IMG/VR virus record: IMGVR_UViG_3300011422_000012
Location: 1-36,182 of that record
Direction: 5' to 3' (one strand)
Source of the DNA: a virus
Taxonomy: Duplodnaviria > Caudoviricetes
Length of the DNA stretch: 36,182 bases
The translations under genes were made by a program, and so were the position numbers. Position 1 is the stretch's first letter, and every line of letters starts with the position of its first letter. The notes under the pieces were generated by a model, which did no database searches, was not told the DNA's origin, and saw only the letters and a program-made list of their open reading frames with translations. Positions 1 to 7,598 of the stretch are shown here, piece after piece.

Positions 1-69
1 ACAATCGGGGATGAGATCGAAGCTCGGCCGCTCCCCTGGGCCGAGGCGACGAAGGAGGGCGGGGAGTGA
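1..69 (+). CDS. 3' end of an upstream hypothetical protein (partial)
   Basis: Open frame from base 1 (TIGDEIEARPLPWAEATKEGGE) ending at TGA 67-69, overlapping the next GTG (GTGA coupling). Confidence 0.5.
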   Translation, partial: TIGDEIEARPLPWAEATKEGGE

Positions 70-269
70 ACTGGCCCACCGAGTGCCCGAAGTGCGGGAT
101 GGACCACAAAGGTGCTGGACAGTCCCACATGCAACCCCGCTATTGCGGCTGGTGCCTACGGGCCATGTTCCGGGGCGTGTTCAATGAACACATGCACATC
201 ATGTGCGGTTTCTGCCGTTACGAGGGCACTGACCCCTGCAAGGACGCGGGCGAGGAGCCGGCCAAGTGA
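66..269 (+). CDS. small Cys-rich (zinc-finger-like) protein
   Basis: Three CxxC pairs (CPKC, CGWC, CGFC); SD-like GGAGG/GGGGAG upstream; GTGA overlaps at both ends. Confidence 0.65.
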   Translation: MNWPTECPKCGMDHKGAGQSHMQPRYCGWCLRAMFRGVFNEHMHIMCGFCRYEGTDPCKDAGEEPAK

Positions 270-499
270 GCGCGCCCAAGGTGGACCGTGGACAATGCGC
301 CGGCAGCGTTCCTGAGAAGCCGGGCTATTACCGCTGGTATCGCTGCCCGTACCGTGCCAGTGGTGAGTGGACCAATATCCACGGCCGCACCTACGGCCTG
401 TGCGCGCATCATCGGCCTAAGCCTAATCGCCCCAACCCGCACATTCACGAGCAGGCCAAGCCGATCAAGATCGACGGGGAGCCGTACCGTGAGGGCTAG
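266..499 (+). CDS. hypothetical protein, Cys/His-containing
   Basis: 77 aa ORF coupled by GTGA overlap; C...C...CAHH residues. Confidence 0.55.
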   Translation: MSAPKVDRGQCAGSVPEKPGYYRWYRCPYRASGEWTNIHGRTYGLCAHHRPKPNRPNPHIHEQAKPIKIDGEPYREG

Positions 500-845
500 A
501 AGGGTAGACCAAAACTGCGCCGAGATCCGCGACGGGCTGCGCGCGCTCGGCTACTCCGTGATTGTGTGGAATGGAGTGTGCGATTTAGTTGTCGGACATG
601 CTGGCAGGACGTACTTGCTCGAAGTCAAGAACCCCGCGCGCACGCCTTCGGGGCTGCGCCAGGACGCCGCTAAGACAATAAGCCAACAGAAGATGCGGGC
701 CGAGTGGAAAGGACAGTGGGCCGTGGTCAAGACGCTCGACGAAGCGCTCGCCGTGATGGGGTATCAGGGATGTGATTGGCCGAGCGCTGGCACAAGTAGC
801 ACACGACCAAGCCCCAACCGCGAAGGAGGTGGTGCGATGACGTGA
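489..845 (+). CDS. VRR-NUC-like / PD-(D/E)XK nuclease (putative Holliday-junction resolvase type)
   Basis: RVDQNCAEIRDGLRALGYSV...CDLVVG...YLLEVKN...Q...W pattern typical of small phage PD-(D/E)XK nucleases; start re-assigned to GTG 489. Confidence 0.75.
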   Translation: MRARRVDQNCAEIRDGLRALGYSVIVWNGVCDLVVGHAGRTYLLEVKNPARTPSGLRQDAAKTISQQKMRAEWKGQWAVVKTLDEALAVMGYQGCDWPSAGTSSTRPSPNREGGGAMT

Positions 846-986
846 GCCGCCTTATCGAAGTACGGGAGAAATGCCCGGGGTGCCGCGCCTAGCGGACGTG
901 GTGCCCCGGGTAGCGCCACGGAAGGCCACCGATCCAGGTCTCGCCCATCGAGAGCGCCGGAATACAGCGCCCGGCCCGGAAGGTGC

Positions 987-1877
987 ATGGAGAGCACAGA
1001 GCCGCAAGCCAAGAAGCCACGCAACGCCCGCGCCGGCAAGGCCCCGGCGTTCCAGTTCTACGCCGCCGACTACTTGGCCGACGAGGCCACGATCGGGATG
1101 ACCCTTGCCCAGATCGGGGCGTATACCCTGCTGCTCGCGATTCATTTTCGCGAGGGCTCCATCCCCGCCAATCCCGACCGGATCGCCCGGCTGATCCGCT
1201 GCCAGGGTCAAAGCGTTGCCTTCCGTGAACTCTGGCGCTGGCCGCTCTCTGATTGCTTTCAGCCACACCCAGCGAAGCCGGATCGACTGGTTCAAGGTCG
1301 GATGTTCGCGGACCTCAAGGTAGCCCGCGAGCGGCACCTTGAGGCGGTCGAAACGGGGGTGCTTGGCGGCCGTAAGTCCGCAAAACTACGTGCAGAAAAG
1401 CAAGGCCCCCTTGAAACAAATCCAACCTCTGCATCTGCATCTGCATCTGCATCTGCAGAGATACAAGATAGCACCACCGTAGGTGGTAATTCGGACTCCG
1501 CAGTGGCGCCTCCGGCGCCGCCCGTCGCTCTCGCTCCCAGGACCAGGAAGCGACCCGACCCGCTCCCTCTGGACCTCCAGCGCCGGACCACCGACTTGAT
1601 CTCCGAGATCGAGGGGCACGAGGCCAACCAGAATGGCGACCGCTTCTCTCCCGGCCAGTGGTGGGGTAAGAGCCTTAACAAGCTCGGCCGACAACCTGCC
1701 GCCATGCTCGCCACACTCGAACGCCTGGGATCCAAGCTCCGCGCCAGGGATCGCCCGGAGAGCCCCTGGGCCTACTGCGATGGGACCTACGAGGAAATCG
1801 CTGCCGACACCAACGCCGCTCGAGCCGAGCGGGAAAACGAGGCACTGAAACATGCGCCAACGATCTTCGACGGCTGA
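987..1877 (+). CDS. DUF1376/YdaU-family phage replication (initiator-like) protein
   Basis: N-terminal APAFQFYAADYLAD...MTLAQIGAYTLLL...GSIP...RIARL signature; low-complexity linker; AAGGT upstream. Confidence 0.8.
   Translation: MESTEPQAKKPRNARAGKAPAFQFYAADYLADEATIGMTLAQIGAYTLLLAIHFREGSIPANPDRIARLIRCQGQSVAFRELWRWPLSDCFQPHPAKPDRLVQGRMFADLKVARERHLEAVETGVLGGRKSAKLRAEKQGPLETNPTSASASASASAEIQDSTTVGGNSDSAVAPPAPPVALAPRTRKRPDPLPLDLQRRTTDLISEIEGHEANQNGDRFSPGQWWGKSLNKLGRQPAAMLATLERLGSKLRARDRPESPWAYCDGTYEEIAADTNAARAERENEALKHAPTIFDG
1428..1457 (+). repeat. (TCTGCA)x5 tandem repeat encoding SASASASASA linker
   Basis: Directly visible perfect 6-bp tandem repeat. Confidence 0.95.
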
Positions 1878-2448
1878 AGCCGAGCCACCACGAGAGGCCA
1901 GGCGCCTCTCCGCCTGCCATTGCGGCGGACTCCTCCGCCTACCGCCCGAAGGACCCTCTGGGCTCCACGTGCCACGAGTCCCACTCCACGCGGCAGTAGC
2001 TGCCAGCGAGGAGGAGATGGCCAGGCACCGGATGGACCACGAGAACGCATGGACCGTGGTGCTCATCCGCACCTGCTCCACCTGCGGTAAGGGCTACTTC
2101 CTCGCCACCGAGGACTGCACCGTCCGCCGGCGGAACGGGTCCACGATCCAACTCGCCAAGGGCCAGCTACTCGAAGCTGGGGCGGCGTACGACTGCGAAC
2201 CAGCGTCATGGGAGCCGGAGTGCAGCTCCGAGTATGCGAAGTTACGCGCCTACGTGATCCGCAAGATGATCGGGCGATCGGCCCCCCGGAAGTCAATGCT
2301 CGCGCTCTTGCGCAAGGCGGTATCCGAAGCGGTCCAGATCGAGCGCCCCCGGGGCGATGGCTTCGAGACCGTGGGACCGTTCCCGGAGAAAGCAAAGGCG
2401 CTGGAAAGCGACGCCGAGATGCTTGAGGAGATGGCGACGAATGGGTAG
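1852..2448 (+). CDS. hypothetical protein with CxC/CxxC motifs
   Basis: 198 aa ORF filling the gap between coupled genes (CHCGG, CSTCGK); start uncertain. Confidence 0.55.
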   Translation: MRQRSSTAEAEPPREARRLSACHCGGLLRLPPEGPSGLHVPRVPLHAAVAASEEEMARHRMDHENAWTVVLIRTCSTCGKGYFLATEDCTVRRRNGSTIQLAKGQLLEAGAAYDCEPASWEPECSSEYAKLRAYVIRKMIGRSAPRKSMLALLRKAVSEAVQIERPRGDGFETVGPFPEKAKALESDAEMLEEMATNG

Positions 2449-3010
2449 GACCTGCCTCGTCTGCCGCCACCCAGAGCGGGAGGAGATCGAGCAGGCGCTC
2501 GCCCAACTCTCCCCATATCGCACCATAGCGCGACAGTGGCCGGAGGTGAGCAAGGACAGCGTTGGGCGCCATCGTGGGGCGCATCTCCCGCCTGCGCTAT
2601 CCAAGGCGCTCGCCCGGGAGGAGGAGCACGCTGCAAGCGATCTCTTGGCCGTGGTACGGCGTGCAATGGGGCGAGTGGAGCGGCTTGCACAACGACTCGA
2701 GGAGCACGGCCACGACGACAAGGCGCGCGCGCAGCTCGTGCAGTCGACGCTTGCAATCGGTCGCTTGGCCGAGACCATCGGCCGCATGCGCGGGGACGTG
2801 GAGCAGCCGGCCGTGGTGGTGGTGCAGGACGACCGCCCGATGATCTTGGCTTTTGTGCAGCAAGTCGTGCGCGACCCGAAGGCGTTCGAGGCGGCGCGGC
2901 AGTTGCAGCGGATCACCGACGGCGCGCTCGAGGTCGAGGCTGAGGTGGTGGACGAGCGGGCGAGCAGCAAGGGGACGAACGGAGGATCACCGAGCGAGGG
3001 TGGCGAGTGA
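2441..3010 (+). CDS. HTH protein, candidate terminase small subunit
   Basis: MGRTCLVCRHPEREEIEQALAQLSPYRTIARQW...SKDSVGRH: CxxC-H plus HTH, then helical region and V-rich beta tail; GAGGAG upstream of ATG 2441. Confidence 0.55.
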   Translation: MGRTCLVCRHPEREEIEQALAQLSPYRTIARQWPEVSKDSVGRHRGAHLPPALSKALAREEEHAASDLLAVVRRAMGRVERLAQRLEEHGHDDKARAQLVQSTLAIGRLAETIGRMRGDVEQPAVVVVQDDRPMILAFVQQVVRDPKAFEAARQLQRITDGALEVEAEVVDERASSKGTNGGSPSEGGE

Positions 3011-3225
3011 GGGCGAAGACGCATACGCAGTCGGCCGTGCTGGCCTTCGTGGAGCGCTTCTGCACCGGCAACGGATGCTCGCCGACGCTCCGCGAGATCT
3101 CGAAGCAGTTCGGGTGGGGCGGGACTCGGGCAACGGAGCGCCACTTGCTGGCGCTGGAAAAAAAGGGCTGGATCTCGCGTGCTCCGGGACGAGCGCGCGG
3201 GATTCGGGTTAACGGAGGAGGATAG
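3007..3225 (+). CDS. stand-alone LexA-type winged-helix DNA-binding domain protein
   Basis: Q..VLAFVERF...NGCSPTLREI...G......HLLALEKKGWISR.PG.ARGIRV matches the LexA N-terminal domain; no peptidase domain. Confidence 0.85.
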   Translation: MRAKTHTQSAVLAFVERFCTGNGCSPTLREISKQFGWGGTRATERHLLALEKKGWISRAPGRARGIRVNGGG

Positions 3226-3228
3226 GAC

Positions 3229-3561
3229 ATGAGTACCAATCACTTGGCAAGGCTCGAGGGTGAGCGGCCAATCTACAAGCCGAACAAGAAAGCACCTGGT
3301 GCCCTGGTCGGTCGCGCCAAGGATGCCGACGATGAGAACGCTGACCTGTACGGCGAGCTATGGGAAGTACACGATGAGTTTAAGGCGCTTAGGGCGCAGA
3401 TGATGGCGCAGGCGGTCGCGACGAAAGACTTTATGGCAAAGGCCAAGTTGATCGCGATCGCTGACCGCGCCGCGAACGTGCAACTAAGGTCGCTTCACTT
3501 CCTGGGGAAGATGCGCGGGGCGATTAAGCTCCAGGCGATCTTGCAGCCTTATGCCAGGTAA
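3229..3561 (+). CDS. hypothetical protein
   Basis: 110 aa helical ORF with GGAGGA upstream. Confidence 0.65.
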   Translation: MSTNHLARLEGERPIYKPNKKAPGALVGRAKDADDENADLYGELWEVHDEFKALRAQMMAQAVATKDFMAKAKLIAIADRAANVQLRSLHFLGKMRGAIKLQAILQPYAR

Positions 3562-4105
3562 GAGAACCTTTTCGGAAGAGTCGCGGCGGAAGATGAGTGA
3601 ATCGGGAAAAAGGAGGGTTACTAGTCCGGAGTCGGAAGCTAGCCGCCGCGAAAAATTACGGAAGGCTCATACTGGAAGGAAGTTCTCGGACGAGACACGA
3701 CGCAAGATGAGCGCTTCTGCGAAGGCGAGGGCTCGCAGGCAGTGGGACGACCCGGAGTGGAGGGCGCGCTTTGAAAAGAAGATGGCGAGCGATGAGACGC
3801 GCCGGAGAATGTCTATCGCTGGCACGATCAGGGGAAAGAAGCGAGGCGTCGGCGATTTGATCAAGTGGCAGCGGGAGAATGTTGATAAGCATCGCGAGAC
3901 GATGAAGCGCCTACACAACACGCCCGAGTGGAGGGCGCGCCAGTCGCTTCGGACTACGAAGCACGCAGAAGCAAAGGCGTTCCTGGCATCCATTAAGAAA
4001 GAGCGTGATGGAATCGCGCGATTGGCGGCCAGCGATAAAATGCCGCATTGGTACTACGACGTGAACCCGTTTCGCATGGGGCAGGAGAAGAAAGGGGGAC
4101 GCTGA
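3551..4105 (+). CDS. NUMOD3-repeat DNA-binding protein (no nuclease domain seen)
   Basis: Repeated FSEESRRKMSES, FSDETRRKMSAS, SDETRRRMSIA motifs; very basic. Confidence 0.7.
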   Translation: MPGKRTFSEESRRKMSESGKRRVTSPESEASRREKLRKAHTGRKFSDETRRKMSASAKARARRQWDDPEWRARFEKKMASDETRRRMSIAGTIRGKKRGVGDLIKWQRENVDKHRETMKRLHNTPEWRARQSLRTTKHAEAKAFLASIKKERDGIARLAASDKMPHWYYDVNPFRMGQEKKGGR

Positions 4106-4380
4106 TGGACTTCTGGGCAGCCTTACCCCGGTTCCTGCGCCGGTGGCTCAACCGCCCGCGCATCGCGCTGATCCTCCACGCGATCTCTCGGAGCAAGGAG
4201 GCGAAGGCGGCGGGGGTCTGGCCGATGACGTGGGGGCAGTCGTGGGCGAAGGCGGCGATCATCAACGCCTCGGACTACGCGCGGGCGTGGTATCCGCCGG
4301 ATGACCTATGGGAGCCAGCGCCCTACACCGAGGCGCTGCCGAAGATGTCGAGGGAGCAGTTTTGGGGGGCCGAGCCATGA
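4105..4380 (+). CDS. hypothetical protein
   Basis: ATG overlaps previous TGA (TGATG); AGGGGG SD-like sequence; ends in ATGA overlap. Confidence 0.6.
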   Translation: MDFWAALPRFLRRWLNRPRIALILHAISRSKEAKAAGVWPMTWGQSWAKAAIINASDYARAWYPPDDLWEPAPYTEALPKMSREQFWGAEP

Positions 4381-4613
4381 AGTCTACCCCGGAGCGAACT
4401 ATCCGCGTGATGCTCGGGCTACGGCAGGAGGACATTGCGAAACGTGCCGGAGTTAGCAGACAGCTTGTGAGCGCCCTTGAACGCGGAGAGCGTCGAGGTC
4501 TTGGGCCAGGTGCCGAGCAGGTGTACGAGGAGCTTGCTTGCCTTGCGAGTGGTGCCATGGACCAAATCAAGCGAGAGCTGATGGCTATCAAGGTTCTACA
4601 GGAGAAGCCATGA
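4377..4613 (+). CDS. XRE/Cro-family HTH transcriptional regulator
   Basis: RVMLGLRQEDIAKRAGVSRQLVSALERG is a canonical HTH_3 motif. Confidence 0.85.
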   Translation: MKSTPERTIRVMLGLRQEDIAKRAGVSRQLVSALERGERRGLGPGAEQVYEELACLASGAMDQIKRELMAIKVLQEKP

Positions 4614-4723
4614 TGACCGACCAAGAGAACGACGAGAACCGACTGCTCGCCGTAGCGCTCGGCGGTGCGCTGGGCGGGCTGCTGGCGGTGCTGGCGTACG
4701 GGCTCTGGCTGGTGTTCCGATGA
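4610..4723 (+). CDS. small single-TM membrane protein (37 aa)
   Basis: MMTDQENDENRLLAVALGGALGGLLAVLAYGLWLVFR; AGGAG SD; ATGA overlaps both sides. Confidence 0.6.
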   Translation: MMTDQENDENRLLAVALGGALGGLLAVLAYGLWLVFR

Positions 4724-4812
4724 GCCCGCGCGTGAGCGGCTTTCTCGGCGTGCTAGCCTTCGGGCTGTTCATCGCAGCGCTGCTCGTGCTCTGGGGGAGG
4801 ATCGCGCCTTGA
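4720..4812 (+). CDS. small single-TM membrane protein (30 aa), below ORF-track cutoff
   Basis: Own translation MSPRVSGFLGVLAFGLFIAALLVLWGRIAP; ATGA and TTGA overlaps tile it exactly between neighbours. Confidence 0.55.
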   Translation: MSPRVSGFLGVLAFGLFIAALLVLWGRIAP

Positions 4813-5120
4813 ACAAGCGCCAAGTCATTGAGAGACTAGCCGGGCTGATCCACGACTTGGCCGGGACCCCCGAGACTCTCGAGCCTTCGCCGTTTGACTG
4901 GTTGCCCAAGTGGGCGGCTCGCGACAAGGCCGAGCCGCTCGTGGTGCGCGCCAGGAATGAAGCGCTTGAGGAAGCTGCCATGATCGCGGACAAAGAGGTC
5001 GATTACTGCAAGCGAACCGCGACCCCGCCCGGATTGCACCACATAAAGCATGTTGCGGGTCAGATCCGGGAACGTAAGACGACCTGGCCGCCCATCACGG
5101 CGCAGGAAGGTGCACCGTGA
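4809..5120 (+). CDS. hypothetical protein
   Basis: TTG start with GGGGAGG SD; contains ARNEALEEAAMIAD..C motif common in phage small proteins. Confidence 0.6.
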   Translation: MNKRQVIERLAGLIHDLAGTPETLEPSPFDWLPKWAARDKAEPLVVRARNEALEEAAMIADKEVDYCKRTATPPGLHHIKHVAGQIRERKTTWPPITAQEGAP

Positions 5121-5290
5121 GCGCCCTCCGCCGCCTACGCCGCAACCTCGGCGACGGGCCGAAGAAGCCCGTGAGCGAGGAGCGGCGCCGGAAGCTCGAG
5201 GTGCTGCAAGCGTGGCGCGCCAAGGGCTTCTCCATGCGCGACGCCATGCTCCTCTCAGGGATCGGCACCGTGATCAGGAAGGAGAAGTAA
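5117..5290 (+). CDS. small basic hypothetical protein (57 aa)
   Basis: Own translation MSALRRLRRNLGDGPKKP...VIRKEK; GTGA and TAATG overlaps tile it. Confidence 0.55.
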   Translation: MSALRRLRRNLGDGPKKPVSEERRRKLEVLQAWRAKGFSMRDAMLLSGIGTVIRKEK

Positions 5291-5619
5291 TGGAGTGTTA
5301 TGGGCCGATCGTCAACCCCGAGATACAAGCCCTGGTTAAGAAGATGAACTTGTGTATGTGCGGGTGGGGTACTGAGTATGAAGTGGTGAAGGAAGGATTG
5401 GAGTATGCACGCCGAGTGCACGAGAGCAAGCCCGGCGACCCGTTTATCGGCCTCGATGACATGGGCGAGTTTCGGCAGAAGGTTCTTGATTCGTGGGGGC
5501 TACTAGAGCACGGAACTTCAGTCGGCGGATCGTGGCTGACCGATGACGGTAAGGTATTGCTGGCATGGTTCGACGAGCACGGCACAAACGCGGACGAGTG
5601 GCCGCGAGAGGAGGGCTAA
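5290..5619 (+). CDS. conserved phage hypothetical protein (winged-helix-like C-terminus)
   Basis: LCMCG...LDSWGLLEHGTSVGGSWLTDDGK motif; AAGGAG SD before ATG 5290. Confidence 0.7.
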   Translation: MECYGPIVNPEIQALVKKMNLCMCGWGTEYEVVKEGLEYARRVHESKPGDPFIGLDDMGEFRQKVLDSWGLLEHGTSVGGSWLTDDGKVLLAWFDEHGTNADEWPREEG

Positions 5620-6209
5620 TGGGCACAGGGATGGTGAAGCCGGAGCGCTTGGAACTCTACTGCGGGCGCGCAGCGAAAGCCGCATCCGGCGACTTCGCCG
5701 AGCTCGGGTGCTACGCGGGGCGCACGACCTCGGTGCTCTGCAAGCTCGGGAAACAGCACGCCCGCATGGTGCACGCCATAGACTCCTTCCGCGGCATGGC
5801 AGAGCCCGGTCCGAACGACGGCGAGAACTACCCCGCGGGCAAGTTCGACGTCGGCGGGCTCGACGGCTTCGCGAAGCTCATGTCAGCGAAGGGGCTCGTG
5901 CTCGGCCAGGACTACAAGGCGCATGCGGGTTACGTGCCGGAGGTGCTCTACTGGGCAGACCCTGAGCTGACGACGCTCCGGCTCTCGTTCGCGTATCTCG
6001 ACCTCGATCACTACGAGCCGACGCTGCATGCGCTCCGGTGGCTGTGGGAGCACGTGAACCCGGGCGGGGTGATTCTCTGCGACGACTACGACGCGCCGGA
6101 CGGGCCGCACGTGCTCGCGGCGCTGGCGCTCAGGGAATGGCTCGGCGCCAAGGGCGAGGCGTTGCACTGGGACGAGTTGAGCGATGATCAGGTGGTGATC
6201 TTCCGATGA
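5619..6209 (+). CDS. TylF/MycF-like SAM-dependent O-methyltransferase
   Basis: GDFAELGCYAGRT (motif I), IDSFRGM, AYLDLDHYEPT, PGGVILCDDY are hallmark TylF-family motifs; GAGGAGGG SD. Confidence 0.85.
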   Translation: MGTGMVKPERLELYCGRAAKAASGDFAELGCYAGRTTSVLCKLGKQHARMVHAIDSFRGMAEPGPNDGENYPAGKFDVGGLDGFAKLMSAKGLVLGQDYKAHAGYVPEVLYWADPELTTLRLSFAYLDLDHYEPTLHALRWLWEHVNPGGVILCDDYDAPDGPHVLAALALREWLGAKGEALHWDELSDDQVVIFR

Positions 6210-6616
6210 GCGACCACGAACGGGACATGAAGATCGCCAGGGCGGCAGCCATGCACGGCTTCAAGGCGGCAGTGCAGCGTGGCGTGGTCATCTGGTCGGA
6301 AGTGAGCGATGGGTGGGAGATTAGGCCGGGTGCTGCGATGCGTGGTGTATGGGAGCCGACCGAAAGCGATCTGTTCGCTATCGTGAACCACGCCGGCGAC
6401 CGTCGTTGCCTCGCTGAGGGCTGCTCATTCCCACAGTACAACGGCGAGCCGCTTTGCAAGATGCACATGCGGCAAGGTCCGTGCGTCTGGTGCGGCAAGA
6501 CATGGAACCAGCACGAAGTGGAATCGGGCTTGGAGTATCTACAGCGCACCCCATGTCTCGGGATGCGTGGCGGTTTCGTCAACGCTGAGCGGCTGAAGCT
6601 GGTGCAGCGCCGATGA
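6206..6616 (+). CDS. hypothetical Cys-rich protein
   Basis: 136 aa, ATGA-coupled; C..EGC...LCKMH...CVWCG. Confidence 0.55.
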   Translation: MSDHERDMKIARAAAMHGFKAAVQRGVVIWSEVSDGWEIRPGAAMRGVWEPTESDLFAIVNHAGDRRCLAEGCSFPQYNGEPLCKMHMRQGPCVWCGKTWNQHEVESGLEYLQRTPCLGMRGGFVNAERLKLVQRR

Positions 6617-6771
6617 AAACGTGCATAGATTGTGGTTCTACGAACATTTTACATTACCGCGTAAGCGGGTACTGCTGGACTTGTAATAGCCACGATGTGC
6701 ATATGCACCATCGCTGCCGCGAGTGTGGTTTGCTGGAAGTGGTGCATGAGTCTAGCGAGGGCAAACAGTGA
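6613..6771 (+). CDS. small zinc-ribbon protein (52 aa)
   Basis: Own translation MKTCIDCGSTNILHYRVSGYCWTCNSHDVHMHHRCRECGLLE...; three CxxC; overlaps tile it; lower GC than neighbours. Confidence 0.6.
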   Translation: MKTCIDCGSTNILHYRVSGYCWTCNSHDVHMHHRCRECGLLEVVHESSEGKQ

Positions 6772-7475
6772 CCACGATCGCCTGCGTGCTGAACCCGTCG
6801 CCGGACTTCGATCGCGACTACGTCGAGCGCTTGGCGAGGGGCGTCCAGCGACATCTCTCGCTGCCTTACGAGTTCGTGTGCCTATCGCCGTTCGATCCGC
6901 AGCTCGCTGGCGTGCGCTGGGTGAAGATCAACCCGCGCTTGCCCGGTTGGTGGGCGAAGATCGAGCTCCTCCGCATGACGGGGCCGATGCTCTATCTCGA
7001 CCTCGATACGGTGATCGTTGGCAACCTCGATCCGCTCGTGGCGCACGTTGCGGATTCAACGCAGGCGTGGATGCTGAGAGACTTGGGCGGTGGGCGCAAG
7101 CTCGAGTGCGGCGTCATGGGGTGGAGCTTCCCCGAGAGCGAGCGCTTTCAAAAGCTGCACTGGCGGTTTTTCAACGAGTTGCGTGAGTTCTTGCCCGGCG
7201 TGGGCTCGCGCGAGCAGGCGGCGATGCGTGACCACGAGATGCGTTTATGGCAGAACGACGAGGACTGGTTGCGCGCTCAAATCGGGAAGTACGGCATTCC
7301 GGTGGGTGTGCTACAGGAACACGTGGCGGGGATCTACTCCTACAAGCTCGATGTTGAGAAGCTCGGTGGAGTGCCCGCCGATGCGGTGCTGATTTGCTTC
7401 CACGGCGTTCCCCGTCCGCGAGATCTCGCGGGGGAGAAGAAGGCGCCACAGTGGCTGAAGGAGAATTGGAGATGA
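6768..7475 (+). CDS. GT-A fold glycosyltransferase-like protein
   Basis: DYVERL..GV.RHL..PYEFVCL, GWWAKIELL, LYLDLDTVIVGNLD (DxD), ICFHGVPRP are typical of phage GT8-like proteins. Confidence 0.8.
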   Translation: MTTIACVLNPSPDFDRDYVERLARGVQRHLSLPYEFVCLSPFDPQLAGVRWVKINPRLPGWWAKIELLRMTGPMLYLDLDTVIVGNLDPLVAHVADSTQAWMLRDLGGGRKLECGVMGWSFPESERFQKLHWRFFNELREFLPGVGSREQAAMRDHEMRLWQNDEDWLRAQIGKYGIPVGVLQEHVAGIYSYKLDVEKLGGVPADAVLICFHGVPRPRDLAGEKKAPQWLKENWR

Positions 7476-7597
7476 ACTTGTCCAAGGGATTGATTCTCGC
7501 ATCGGTGATCTGTTTCGCGGTCGCGGCGTTCGGCGTGACGTCGGTCCCGCTCGTGGCGATCGGCCTCGCGCTCTTTGCCGCGGGGCATCTCGTCTAG
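7472..7597 (+). CDS. small two-TM membrane protein (41 aa)
   Basis: MNLSKGLILASVICFAVAAFGVTSVPLVAIGLALFAAGHLV; AAGGAG upstream. Confidence 0.65.
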   Translation: MNLSKGLILASVICFAVAAFGVTSVPLVAIGLALFAAGHLV

Positions 7598-7598
7598 C

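Noticed and set aside
842-913. Stop-codon reassignment suggested by in-frame TAGs here and TAA at 16506
   Set aside because: TAG, TAA and TGA all terminate well-defined genes (capsid TAG, terL TAA, portal TGA) with tight coupling; standard code fits.
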